Below, in pieces: positions 1-13,100 of a DNA stretch of 64,000 bases (positions within the stretch are counted from its first letter, which is position 1; each line of letters begins with the position of its first letter). The notes under the pieces are model-generated. The model ran no database searches, was not told the DNA's origin, and saw only the letters and a program-made list of their open reading frames with translations. A program made the position numbers and the translations under genes. Origin of the DNA: Phoronis australis (lineage: Eukaryota; Animalia; Phoronida); contig NMRA01000320.1 in the NCBI GenBank assembly GCA_002633005.1, positions 448,912 through 512,911 of the forward strand. Direction: 5' to 3'.

Positions 1-1122
1 ATGGAAAAATTGTATAATACAAACTGGAAGTCTAAAAGTTACTATGGCTGGGAAGAAAGTCTTTCAAGTCTCTGCTAGTATAGGACAGTTGCGATGTGCG
101 CATTAACTACGAGGGCCTCTCCACTGTGTTTAGACCAGGTTGTCCTGCGATTTCGGCATCTACTCCCAGGATGAAAGTCGTGTACATGCATTTGATTTAA
201 GCCTAGTGGGAAGGCAAGGTTGGGGACCCGGAAAGACAGAGAGGTGCCAAGGCAGGAGTTTGATGTGCGTACATAATAAAGGATTCTAAAACTTCATGTC
301 ATGGAAAAATAACAGTCTTCACATTGTATCACTAGTACAGCGTTCAACTCCGAAACCAAAGTCTGAGTTGCCAATGGTTGTTTCTGAGGGACAGTTACGT
401 CATTGTGAAGCGATTAGAAAGTGTTAGACGGTTTGAATTTGCTTCATATTTTTATAAAGAAAACATTGGATGGTAATTAAGAATGCCAACACTGACAAGG
501 AGATGTAGCTGAGAATGACTGGTTCATGGTCAGACGAAATGTCAAAGAATAAGCGTTTGCTTGGATAAAAACTGAAAATGTAGCTTTTCATGAAAGCGGA
601 AGCAGCATTGTAAATTCTTCGTAGGACCATGGCCAGTCTGCTCATGTTATGATGATCAGGGAACCGGCAGCCCAAAATTGTAATTGTAATCCGCCACTTT
701 GCACATGTTATTTATTGACTTATCCAAGGCTTTTGACACAGTCAGTAGATTGGTTGTCCAAATCAATTTATTGATATTAATATTTTATCTGTCAACGCGC
801 ATGCTTGGGATTGTGCAGTAAAAGCTCTGCATTCTGCAACTCTCCACAGTTGTGGTTCTCGAAAGTAGACATAGTTATAAAGAAAAGATTTCAGAGCAAA
901 CACAGCTCGTGATAGAAAAAGGATAACGTTAGTGTGGTTATTGAGGAAAGACGACTGTATGATAGGTATGTTGTTCGCTCACAAATTTGTAAACTTTTTT
1001 ATAAATCAGTCAACAATGGAGTCCAAGAAGAAACGGTCTCATAAAATTAGTGCAATCTAGTAGTTCACAAAATATGTAAATCTATTACGGCATCAGAACT
1101 GACTAAAATTGGACAACTGTAC

Positions 1123-1194
1123 CTGAATTGTGTCTCATTCCACTCAGCCCCGTACGTGTGGAATTCACTGGCAAAAGTTCCCTGGTTGGTATAC
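1123..1194 (-). CDS. GH16 gene exon
   Basis: YTNQGTFASEFHTYGAEWNETQF, phase 2-2. Confidence 0.88.
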
Positions 1195-4100
1195 CTGTAA
1201 TGTAATGAGGACCTTTTCAAGTGACAGCTTAAAGAGGCCTGGAACGCGATATACAAACTAAATTGCAATATTGAAAGTGGTTCTCTGGCACTGAAACATA
1301 ATTTAACCTGCTCGCCAGATATTTTTAGGGTTTGTTCGTAAAGACTTTTTTTAAGTTCTGTTGATATCATAGCATTTTATTTTTGTTTCAAATTTCAAAA
1401 AAACGACCTGTCAACTGCTCGCCACTGCGTCGATTTTTCTCCCACAAGGCAAAGCACGTCTCCTTATTTGGTATGACAAGGATTAGACGTAGCAGATTTC
1501 CCTTATATGGAAAATGTGCACTTTTACCTCAAGCGACTTCAAGCAACCGACTGTGAGCGCATGGGTACATTTATAACAAGCGAGATTAGAAACCCTAAGG
1601 TAACCACAGAGTTTTTCCTTCGCGAGAATATCAAATACTGTGAATTTTGTGTTTTTTCTGAAAATTTCCTCACAGGGTCAAGTGAATTACTCTTTTCTAG
1701 ATCAGTTGCGAGATGGCACTTTCGTCAAGAATTGTTTGTAAGATATATTTGACGACCTTTTTATGTTCCATGCCTATTTAAGAACGCCAGAAACCAATGA
1801 AGTTAGGTAGATTCTAAGACCTCTTGTTGCTGCCTAGGCGATTGCAGTTACTGAAAAAAGTTTTCTATTTCCACTTTTTATTGGAAATCTACAGTTAAGA
1901 AAACTTGCTGATAAGGGAAAGTTATTTTGTTGTCAAGTTTAATAAGAATGATCAGTTATTTCCAAGTTATCTTTCCACCAATAGGATTTTGTGAACGTGA
2001 CCACTGAATAAAGAACAATACTGAGTAAATTCTTGGAAGCAAAATTCCAGTTTCATACACAGCATTCATGAAAATTACAGAAGATAGTTCACCATGATGA
2101 AAACCAAACGGTGCCTTGAGACAACATTGCCACTTCAAACCATAGAGAAAATCAAACAAAACCATGTCAGGATTATATTTTACAACCCACTCACTTTGTT
2201 ACTCGTGTTAAATAATAAGGATCTATCGGCCAGTAGGGACCCCAATGCAATGTCTGGCCAGCCTGCGTTATTCCTATCTGTTCTCCGTCTGGTAAGGTCA
2301 AATTCTGGTTTCCTATAAATAAAAAGCACTCACATGTATAATAAACAATTCTAATCTCACTTCCAAACTTCCTGAAGTAATTCGTTGTAGTCTTTGAAAG
2401 CATAAATATTACACGCCATGTGTGTTACCTCTACCCTCACCCACCTCGCGTTTCAACCAAATCTATTTCCCCAGACGCTGGCCAGATGCCATATTCCTCA
2501 TGGGTTGGTAATAACCACAACGCTGAAACGAAATGAAAATATTTTGTTGAAGTCAATGATGGGGCCAATTTGACTCGAACGCTCATTTGTACAGATATGA
2601 TTTTGTCAGACGTGTACGCACTGAACGGAGGTTGAAGTTCAATAATTAATTAAATGTTAGTTTCTACTCATCAGATGAATAAAACCAAGTTCTAACCATT
2701 ATAACATTATTTTCTACATAACAATGAGGAAATGTTTCTCTTAAAGTTATTTAGACCTTAGAAAGATGTCCAAATTTGAGTAAATTCGGAGCATCATATC
2801 CAGGAAATGAATGTTCGGATTCACATGAAATTTTCAGAGGCTACATTTTAAACATTGTTCTCCGGGCTGTAAGAAATTGTTTCTAAAATGTTCCATTATT
2901 GGGTGATAATATATTTCCTTTCATGCTTTTCACGAAAACAACCAAAAGTCACATAAATTGTAATGATAATTAAAACACTATTATGGAAAGTTCATCTTGA
3001 ACTGAACATTTGTTTCAAATAAAATTTCATCGTGTTGTTGATACCGTTCTTATTTTGCTATCACTATTCTTTTTTGCTAGATTTTAATAAAAAACAAGGT
3101 CACGTGACCAATCATTGACAGATTAGTTAAATATCAAAAATCAAACTCTGCAGGCTTTCTGCTCGCAAAAAATCACACTTTTTCTGAATTAAAATCAATA
3201 GTTTTGTAGCTAATTGCCGTGTAAATACATAACCTTGTCGATAAGATCCTTCATTATCTTAAATGTGCTAACATCAGTGTATCTGACTTTCGTCAAGAGA
3301 TTTCTTTATTGCCATGCCCGTTGATCTAAAAATATGTGCATTTCGTAAATCCCAGTCGTGTACGTAATTTATTTTCTTTACAATATTATTTTTTCAAAGT
3401 CATAGGAAGTGGCGATCAGTAGTATTCTATTATGACGGCTATGGCAGATTTCAAATGAAACGAAGCGGGAGGATTTTCTTCTTAAAGATACAGTACAAGC
3501 CAAAATATTCAGACAAATTTTCCCGGAATTCTCCGACATGACGGCTGGACGGAAGCCGAATTCACCGTCAGAGTAGTCTTCCGTCACGTGACCGAGAACG
3601 AAGAAGAATAAACAAGAAAGTAAGATATGTGGCTAAGCCATTCTGAAATTTTCTATAATTTTGTCGCCCTGGTGATTATTAGCAGTCACTTTAGCTGTTA
3701 GCAAAGTTTACCGTCATGACGGGGAAGCGGTATTTTGGCTGGTAGCATGTGTCTTGTACATCTTATCACTCGAGTCATTCACTTGTAATATGTCTTTGAC
3801 AATGGTGCTACAAAAACTTGGTGTCATTCGATTTTCTACATTAATGCATTCACCAGTCCAACCACCCATTCCACCATTCACTTATCAAAACATAAATCCT
3901 GGCACACGAACCTTTAAAAAGCTGCAAATGCCTGACTAACCTGGCCAAATCCAATCTCCCGCAGGCATCATCGCTCTTATTTCGATCTTGCCATACTTAA
4001 AGTTGAACATTTTATCGCTGCGCATCCTAGCGGATTGTATGGGAGGCGGGAAGACATTCGACTTGCAACCTTGAGGTCGTTTTGCTCCCGTGCAGAAATC

Positions 4101-7100
4101 TTGAAAGACAATATATTTCGCCATCGATGACAGCAGTTATAAAGATCAGACCCTCCGACAAGCATCGGCACACTGTTGAAAAACTTTTACTTTTGATACG
4201 CTTTTTTCATTTTCAAAGAAGAAAAATCTACATGTATGACTATTTTCTAAAATGTTATATTTGACGTTGAACTCCAGATCCATTACAAGTTATGAATATT
4301 TTGCAACAAGCAACTTGTTGATATAACACCTGACTGCTATTTTGTCATTTAAGCTAGAGAGAGCTGATCTGATTTTTAGGTATGGCATACCCCTACTCAC
4401 GTTTTCTTTTCAGATATTCTCCCCCAGCAGAAGATTCGGTAGGCATATTTGAAGACAACGTCTGAAATTATAAAACCAACTTTTCGCTTATAAACACTTT
4501 ACCCTGCTCAACACAATTAAGATTCCGAGTGTTTAGTAACTCGGGGACCATAAAACAAATGATCAGAGCTGGATAAGACAGCAAGAGGTGCATAGCATCC
4601 AATGCTGTAGTGGGGCGTTAGCGCACGTAGTTGCAGCCAACCACCTTTTTACATTTTATCATAGCAACCACCCTTTTTCATTTTAACGTAGCATGTACGC
4701 GCCGTAAGTGACGGTATATAGTAGGGCGTAGTTTTGATACGATAACTTGCAACATCAAAGCGCTATGCTGACTACAGCATTATTTTCGATCCTTTCGGGG
4801 CGCGCGATCACCAGGCATATGGTCGCCGATGGAATTGTTATTAATAGTTAAAGATAAAGAAACAGTTATGGTGTCACACCATAGGTGGATAAAAGGGGGT
4901 GGACGCTTTGGACACACCCACGGGCGACTAAAAGTCGCCGCCAGAATATCGTTTCTGTGCGTTACGCTACTAATTTCCTTTATAATAATTGTGCATGGGC
5001 CCCCTTCATAGATCGCTTGGAATGCACTCGGACCCCTTTGCCTTCAAATAAGTGTGGTTGGACCCTCTTTCTCCGACATCAAAGATCCGCCACTGCTGAA
5101 TCTATGGAGATACCCACCCGTGAGTCAAAAATAGGCCTACATGTTTATGAGTCAGGTTTGCGAGTTCAATGCACTTTTAATATTCATCACTCACGGCGAT
5201 ACGATGGGCTATGGGCGCCTACTTACCTCTAATTTCACCAATACAGCACTGATAGCATCGTGTATCAACATGACAAAGTAAGCCTTGAAAGCAGACTAAA
5301 CCATCAGTAGAAATACTGCAGCTTCGGCAGGATGAAAGCACGGCGTGCGACAATCAATAAGGTCTTTTAGTTTAGAGCAACAGGCTCTACACTGTTGAAG
5401 TTTATCTACTAATAGAGGAAATTGGCACGTGCGGGAGGTGTAGGGCAGTTCCGTAGGATTAAAATTGTAAAAGAAACTGCCCGGATTGTCACAAACCTGC
5501 ACAGTGGATATACCCAGACATATCCTCATGTTTTCTTTGCTTGTGAGGTATGCAAGGAGGAGAGGGTACAGCTCTTCCAGGTACTCGAACAATACCCCAA
5601 TGTTTATAAAAAAATATTCTGAAATTCCGAAATTGTACAACAAAATTAATTTCTTTCTGTATGGATGTCAAGAACTTAACTCAAACGAAAATAAGGTTTT
5701 ATTTGAAATAGTATCAGAAATTCTTTATAACATTAAATCTCTTTGTGTGAGTGGATAGAATTTTATACATCTGTATGAAAATGAATTATTTTCATTCGTT
5801 GTCATATATCATTGTATGCTTAACATCATTTTTTTTATTTATGTATTCGCATATAATCATTGTATATAGACTTCTTTGTATTTTTTTTACCCAGATCTAA
5901 TGCCTCTTGGCGCTTTCTGAGTTATGTATATTCATTGTATTCTGAAGATTTCGTAATAAACATTAAAAAAGTGACTTTCAAATCCATTGCCATTAAATGA
6001 CAGGGCTAACAAGGCGTGGGTGATGATGTAGCCAATACTCAGTTCAAACGACTGGTGATTATAAAGGGAGCTACAAAGAAGCTTGGCGTTTTTTCACATA
6101 ATTAATTTATCTTTTACTTTTACAGATCTGTACAAAGCAGGTTGACACAGATGTCCGTCAGACGACCTCGTGGAGTCATTCTGGTGCTCCCTACATGCTT
6201 CTTGAAGCGCGGTACTTGGCTATTCAGCATTTGCATATAGACTTGTCAGAGCAGTCCAATCTCACCCTTGGTGTCCAGGGAACCACTAAATTTGGCTTTC
6301 ACTATAGCGCTGGAAACATCTAGTTCACGAACGGTCAGACCCTAATGTTAATTCTAGGACTGTGCGGCATGACATCTGGCGATGCTGAGGCTTCAATTTC
6401 CTACTGACCACCCAAGGCATGCTCACCGAGGTGTCTCAAGAAGATACTCTGAGCGACTCATTCCTGAAGAAGGCCGTGTCAAAGATGTGCAACACTGTAA
6501 CTGACCAGGCCAACGCCTGCAAGAAATTGAATGGTTTGCTGCACCAGTGGACAGCTCGTTCACAATGAGAAGAGTCATGTGATCCTGAGAAACAAACACT
6601 CTAGAACAATTTCTGGTACTTCCTTCATTATATTTTGTTTGGCCGATCAAGCTGATAAGACCGTTTGATGTCCTGGGAAACACCATACAAGGTGGTAGGC
6701 AGACTGGGTTAATGTCGTTTCCAGGTGGATACGTCACTAAAGAACAACTCGTCTAGAACACACCATCTGCAAATCTAGCTGTACATGACCGTGTTCGCGA
6801 ACGATCTGGCAAGCCGAAGCAAGGCAGAAGGTTTGGTTGACAATGTTCATCAGAAGTCTTCTAAATGTAACGGTTTCAATAAATTATTTGAGGATGCAGT
6901 TGGCACTATAATATTTAGTACTACCCTTTTCTACACTGTCAGCAGCGATGTATGAACCAAGCAGGTACAGGAGTTGATGTTCACTAGCTCCCAGATTATC
7001 ACCCAGCACCTGCTGAGGCGGGACCACTTAAACAGAAGCAGACAGGGTTGTGAATGAGACACACTTACGTCCCACGCGACGTTATCGGATGTCCGCCATT

Positions 7101-10100
7101 TTTTGTTTAATTCTTTCGACCATTGTGCTAAATGTTATGATAACAGATGAATTTGGTCTCAAACCTGAAATTGCTGCTTTTGGCTTCGCACTCGTTGAGA
7201 CATTCCCAGTTGAAATGGTTTCATAATGGGATACGGTAGTAACATTCCTATGTAAGCGGGATAACGTAACGCTATTATAACATTGCACCTGACCAACGTT
7301 TTTGTGCTGCTGAGTCAATTTAAAGAAAACACGAAAGATACTTAGTTTTTACATTGGGTAGCTGTATAGCCTACGATGTGACGTCAGCACTGCAAGGGTT
7401 CATTGCTTTATAATTTACATAATTACTCGTCAACTGATTTTGACAGTTACAAACAAATTTTAGGAGATTAGTGCCTCAGGGGTATGCAGGTTAGAACCAA
7501 ATTAAACTTAATCCTTGTATTGGCGGTTCCCACCAATACTCGTTCTGTCAGTTTGGTAACCTTTTAAGCAACAAGTGCCATCTTTGAATAATTTTGCCAG
7601 TCTAAAGTAACTATTTCTGAATTTGAAGTTTTGGTGAATTTTGACGTAGTTAAAGAAATTCGGAGAAATCTACATCAGATGCTCCAATGGCAAATTTCAG
7701 AAACTTGTGTGTTTGAAAAGGAAAAGGCTGCAACGTGTTGCTATCATGTTCCAAGTTAGGCCTACATAGATGTGTTGCAAGTACCTCTGCTTTAGCAGTA
7801 CGTAGTGATGTGGTGAAGGGGAGTAAGATAGGCATTTATTGTTAATTTTTGAAATGACATAATCAGCCGCAATGAAGCATGATTTCATCAGTTGTTTGGA
7901 GTAATTTTATAAAGATAATTCGATTTTCTTACGCGAATATTTTGTCTTATGTTTTTATCTTCGCAAAAATTAATCTGCGAGGCTCATGACCCTGGACTTC
8001 TCCTCGACAGTTGGAACCACGTGACCTTCAGGTGCCACCTTAGGCTATTTGAGCTACGAGGCAACGAAACTGTGCGTGCTACATTGAGTCGTCATGGATA
8101 GACAGCCGGATCACGAATTCTACGACTGACTTAAATCTGTAAAGCAAACTTTTCGGCAGAGAGAGAGTTTAAAACGAACTTACCGGTTTGATGTAGAGAA
8201 TTCCATCGCGAACGTACGAATTTGTTCGATTATTCACGTACTTTTGAAACTGAAAACGAAATTTAAAATCGTAAAAACCCCATTGGAAGACGAATGTAGG
8301 CCTACACTGTATTACAAAACATTCATCAGGAAAACAGTCAAGGCTACGGAGGATCTTAACGACAAGTATGTGTATAAGTCAAATATCTACAAAACCATAG
8401 ATTACAACACAATATAAGAATGTGTTTTCTTAGCGGACAGGCTGTTAGAATTTGATTTTTCTTTCTACCAGTCAGCCATTAATTGGGTCACGTGACCATA
8501 TCTTTTTAATTACATTTAGCAAAAAGAAAGATAATTTGGCAACAAAATAACGAAATCAATAACGTGACCAAATGTAGTTTGATTTAAATATATATGAAAT
8601 CTCAAGAACGCTGTTACTGGCACCATTACAAAAAACGCCATAACTCTAGTAGCATCGCATGATCGAAAACCACTGATTTTATTTTCATGAGAATGTCACG
8701 TGCGCACTCGTCGCTCTTAATGTTTTAATATCACTTAAATGTGACACTAGCTTAACTCGCACCTCCATCTGCAAGTGCTTAGACTCTGACGTTCAAGATT
8801 TACCTGCTTAAACTTCTGGTCACTAAAGTTGTTTTTAAAATACAGTATTTCTATATGTTCTCAAAGTAACTTCCTGTTACCTACTTTTTCCTAAAAATAA
8901 CATTCCTTTCCACTACTTTTAAGCAAAAAAAAACGTGAAATCAAGAAAAACTTACACTAGTTTATATTAGCCCATACCAAGACTGTATCGGTTGTAGCCT
9001 AAAATTCACTTGTAATCGAGAGGCTGACTAAATGAAAGCAGTCAAAATTTGAACTGTTGGAAACACTTTCTGATTTCCCTGTACTGAATCCTTAGTGTCC
9101 ATCTAGATGCTCTTTCTGACAACTGAAACAAAGTCTTGCCATGCAAAAGGAAAATTTCCACCGCCTCCCGTTCAGTTACGGCAGGACCTCGCTAAAAAGC
9201 AAGACTTCGCGAGATAACGTGAGATATTGCTATGTATTTCCAGTGAGAACACGCGACTTTGGCTAGATTTTAGCTAGGTCCTAGCGTAGGTCTTAACGTT
9301 ACTGAACGCACGCCCGGTTAGTGTAGAGGAAAGTGTGCTCATTTGTCTTGGTTAAATGCGTTTGCTCAGATAAACAGTGGGAAATAACAGGTTTCCTAAC
9401 AACATTTACTAACTGAAATTTACCCCGCCAAAGTACGTCGTTACTTCGTGGTCCCACAACGAGAAATTCAACGTGTCAAAATTGTCTTCGAATACCAGTC
9501 GCATTCTAGGATGAGCTGAAATTATACCGTACACTTTATCAAATGACCGTCACCCACCACTCGTGATAATCTCACGTTACCATCATCACCCATCATTGAC
9601 CATCGCCATCACACACAACCATACCCATCACCCGCTTATCCGTGACACACCACATATATGCAGGGAAGATAATATAGACAAAATATAGTATAGGTTAATT
9701 TCTAAGGACATTTTCAGCGGCGCCAGTAGTGGCAAAAAATGCCACTGTCGAGAGTTATGCAGAACGTCACTGCAAATTGTGGAGCTCGCGTGACGTAAAA
9801 GGAATTGGGAACAGTCGAAGCAATCCTCGCAAATAATGAAACGAGGAGATTTTACACTGGCTTCATGGATTTACGAGACTTTTAATATGGGTCATCACAA
9901 AATCTTCGTTGAACGTACCAAAGTTAGTGGGTGGTAACAGAGAAGTGCAGTGACGTAGTGGTAAGATTAGAGGTAAACAGGCGCCCAAAGCCCATCGCAT
10001 CGCCGTGAGTGCTGAATATTAAAAGTGCATTACATTAAACTCGCAAACCTGACTCATAAACATGTAAGCCTATTTTTTGACTCACGGGTGGGTATCTCCA

Positions 10101-13100
10101 TAGAATTGGCAGTGGCGGATCTTTGATGTCGGAGAAAGAGGGTCCAACCACACATATTTGAAGGCAAAGGTCCGCGTGCATTCCAAGCGGTCTCTGAAGG
10201 GGGCCCATGTACAATTATAAAGGAAAATAGTAGCGTAACGCACAGAAACGATATATTGGCGGCGACTTTTAGTCGCCCGTGGGTGTGTCCTCGGGGCCCT
10301 TCGCCACCCCCTTTATCCACCTATGGTGTGACACCATAACTGTTTCTTATCTTGAAATATTAATAAAAATTCCATTCTTCGCCGATCATATGCCGGGTGA
10401 TCGCGCGCACCGAAATGATCGGAAACAATGCTGTCGTCAGCATAGCCCTTTGCATGTTATCGTATCAAAACTACGCCCCACTATGTACCGTCACTTGCGG
10501 CGCGTAGACGCTACGTTAAAGTGAAAACAGGTGGTTGCTATGCAGTGGCAGATCTACGTTTTCAGTAAGGGGGTTTAGGATTCGAGCGAATCCGAGGCGC
10601 GTATCGCCGATCGGATGGAAGGTCAGGATGAGGTTCCCCCCTCCCGTGTAAGATTTTTTGTGGTTTTTAGTAGCTGATTTCGTTTTTCTGGCGAAATGTG
10701 TTTCAATTTTCATTTTTAATCCTGTCCCGAGGGGAGGTTTGAACCCCCCTGTAGATCCGCCTCTACTATGATAAAATGTAAAAAGGTGGTTGATTGCAAT
10801 TACGTGTGCTTACCCCCCACTATACCGTAACTTACGGTGGGTAGGCGCTACATTGAAAAGCAAAAAGGTGGTTGGCTGTGCCTACGAGCGCCTACGCCCC
10901 ACTGCAGCATTGGAGAAGCGTAGGTAATATGCTAATTAAACTTACCCAAACCAGGTAATTAAAACAAAATAGTATGCCGAGTGGGTCTCGTTTTCAAAAA
11001 GTTTCGCAAAGCTGAAAATTGTGTGAGCGGGCGGATGAAAATTTATAATAAATCAATTGGACGAATTTTTTTCTCCATAATTTTACTGATTCCTCAACTA
11101 TAAGAAATATGTTTTAATTATTATAGTAACAATAAAACGTGAGCAATCTGCACTCACAAAGCATTTGATGTTAGACACAATCCATTTGCACTTGTAGCTC
11201 ATTAAAACTCGCCAATACCATTTGGTTGAGCTCTAAACACGAGTGAAAAACGTATCGGTAAAGCCCGGTGTATTGGTAAGAATTACATTACGGTTATGTA
11301 GTATCCTAGGAGAATGTCGAAACTTGGCTAACTTCGGAACATCTCATCTGAGAAATCGGGCTTATCCTATATATACGAGTCTTTCACATACTATGTTTTA
11401 TGCAAAACTCTCCAAAAAGATATTAGCATTTGTTTTAAAGGTTTCATTTTTGCATGATGTGAGGGGTTATAAAAATGGACTTTTATAATTTCCAAGCAAA
11501 AACAAAAACGAAATGGTATTCTGTGGTTTTTGCAATTTTAAATTTCTGTGAAAATTTGATCATGAACCTTTCTTTTATGCTCAATTTTACGAAAAAGACA
11601 TGATCACGTGACCCAATTAATGGTGCATTGTTAAAAAGTAAAAATTCAAACTCTATAGGCTTTCTATATTAAGAAAATACATACTGGAATAAAATCTGTA
11701 ATTTTATTAGATATTCGGCAAAATTGGCGGACCTGTAGAAAAGTTTCAACGTAAACTTAACTTACCACTCGACTTGAAACACTCGTATTTTACAATCATA
11801 TACTTGTTCTTTGTAGAGCACGGAATCCGACATTCTTTTTGGCCAGAACACTTCTTTTTGATCTACAACACAAAGATTGCAGTCAAAATTACGAGCACAG
11901 CATTGATAATGCAGGTGCATAAAATCGTCAGCGCTATGGCGGATCGAGGAGTTTGTGTCTACATGGATTTGGGCCAATGTGAAAGCAGATTAACGTGCGA
12001 GGGGATGGTTTTCCCTTGGACTAAGACACACACANNNNNNNNNNNNNNNNNNNNNNNNNNNNNNNNNNNNNNNNNNNNNNNNNNNNNNNNNNNNNNNNNN
12101 NNNNNNNNNNNNNNNNNNNNNNNNNNNNNNNNNNNNNNNNNNNNNNNNNNNNNNNNNNNNNNNNNNNNNNGTTGCTGTATTACAACGTTGTAATTGCAGT
12201 CTTGTTTGCCAGTCGTTACTAACCTGAAGGAACGCCCTCCTGTTGCCCGCCTCGGTCGCTTGTCGTCGTCGAATGGCCGACTGAATGTGGACCAGGTTTC
12301 CTCGGGGGCAGGAGACCCTCAATTTGTTACGACGGCAAATGAGCCTGTAGGAGTCTGCGAGTGGGCAAGGAAAATATGGAAGACACGTTACATAAGCATC
12401 ACAAGATGTGGCCAGAAAAATGTCTGTAAAGTATACGTGCACAACTCAAATCAAGAGTTATAATGGGGAAATTGACCTTCGAGCTTCTTAGGAGAGATTC
12501 TTACACTGCCTCATCTTTTGTATTTGGGTCCCTAGTTAGTTCTTTTTACAGGTCAGAGTCCAGGTGCAAGAATCGTTTGAAAACTTTTCCCGCATCTTTT
12601 TTGGAGCGCAACGCTTTGAAATCTGAGATTTTTGGGCATAGAGGTCTCAGAAATTGTCGAAAGGTGTCAAAATTTCGTGCAACTGCTCAAAGATTTGTGC
12701 CTGATCACAGTTTAGTTTATTTACATCAACCTCTATATTGGATGTGTTAAATACCCTTCGAGTGGTGGTGCGACCACTGACCAACCAGTAAATCAATTCT
12801 AAGAGCTTGTCACCTCAAAGTGCCATGGAGAATTCATGTCCAGGTAGCCTACTATCATATAACACATTGTTTTTCAAGACTGGACCAGAATCACGTACCG
12901 CCGTGATCACTGACCGAAACCCATTTTAAATAAAACCACACGGACAGTACGAGTTATGACTGCCCGGAGCCATTACAATATTTGCTTGAGAATTACATTC
13001 CATTACCAAGCAACTACTCACAAATGATACCAGCTTACCCGTAAACGACATCGTCCAACACACGAGTAGACATAAAACTGGAAGGGTTAACGTCGCACGC

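Noticed and set aside
424-675. Minus-strand 83-aa ORF as the GH16 C-terminal exon
   Set aside because: It lacks the expected GFW/NPW/APFDQ/LNVAVGG motifs; the true downstream exons lie outside the window.
4599-10913. Single 6.3-kb transposon with long TIRs that captured host exons
   Set aside because: The enclosed exons are collinear, in-phase parts of the surrounding GH16 gene, the arms are clearly diverged, and no TSD is evident; two independent insertions are simpler.
11774-12750. Plus-strand ORFs of 139, 89 and 95 aa
   Set aside because: Inflated by the N gap or antisense to the lectin-like exon; no recognisable motifs.
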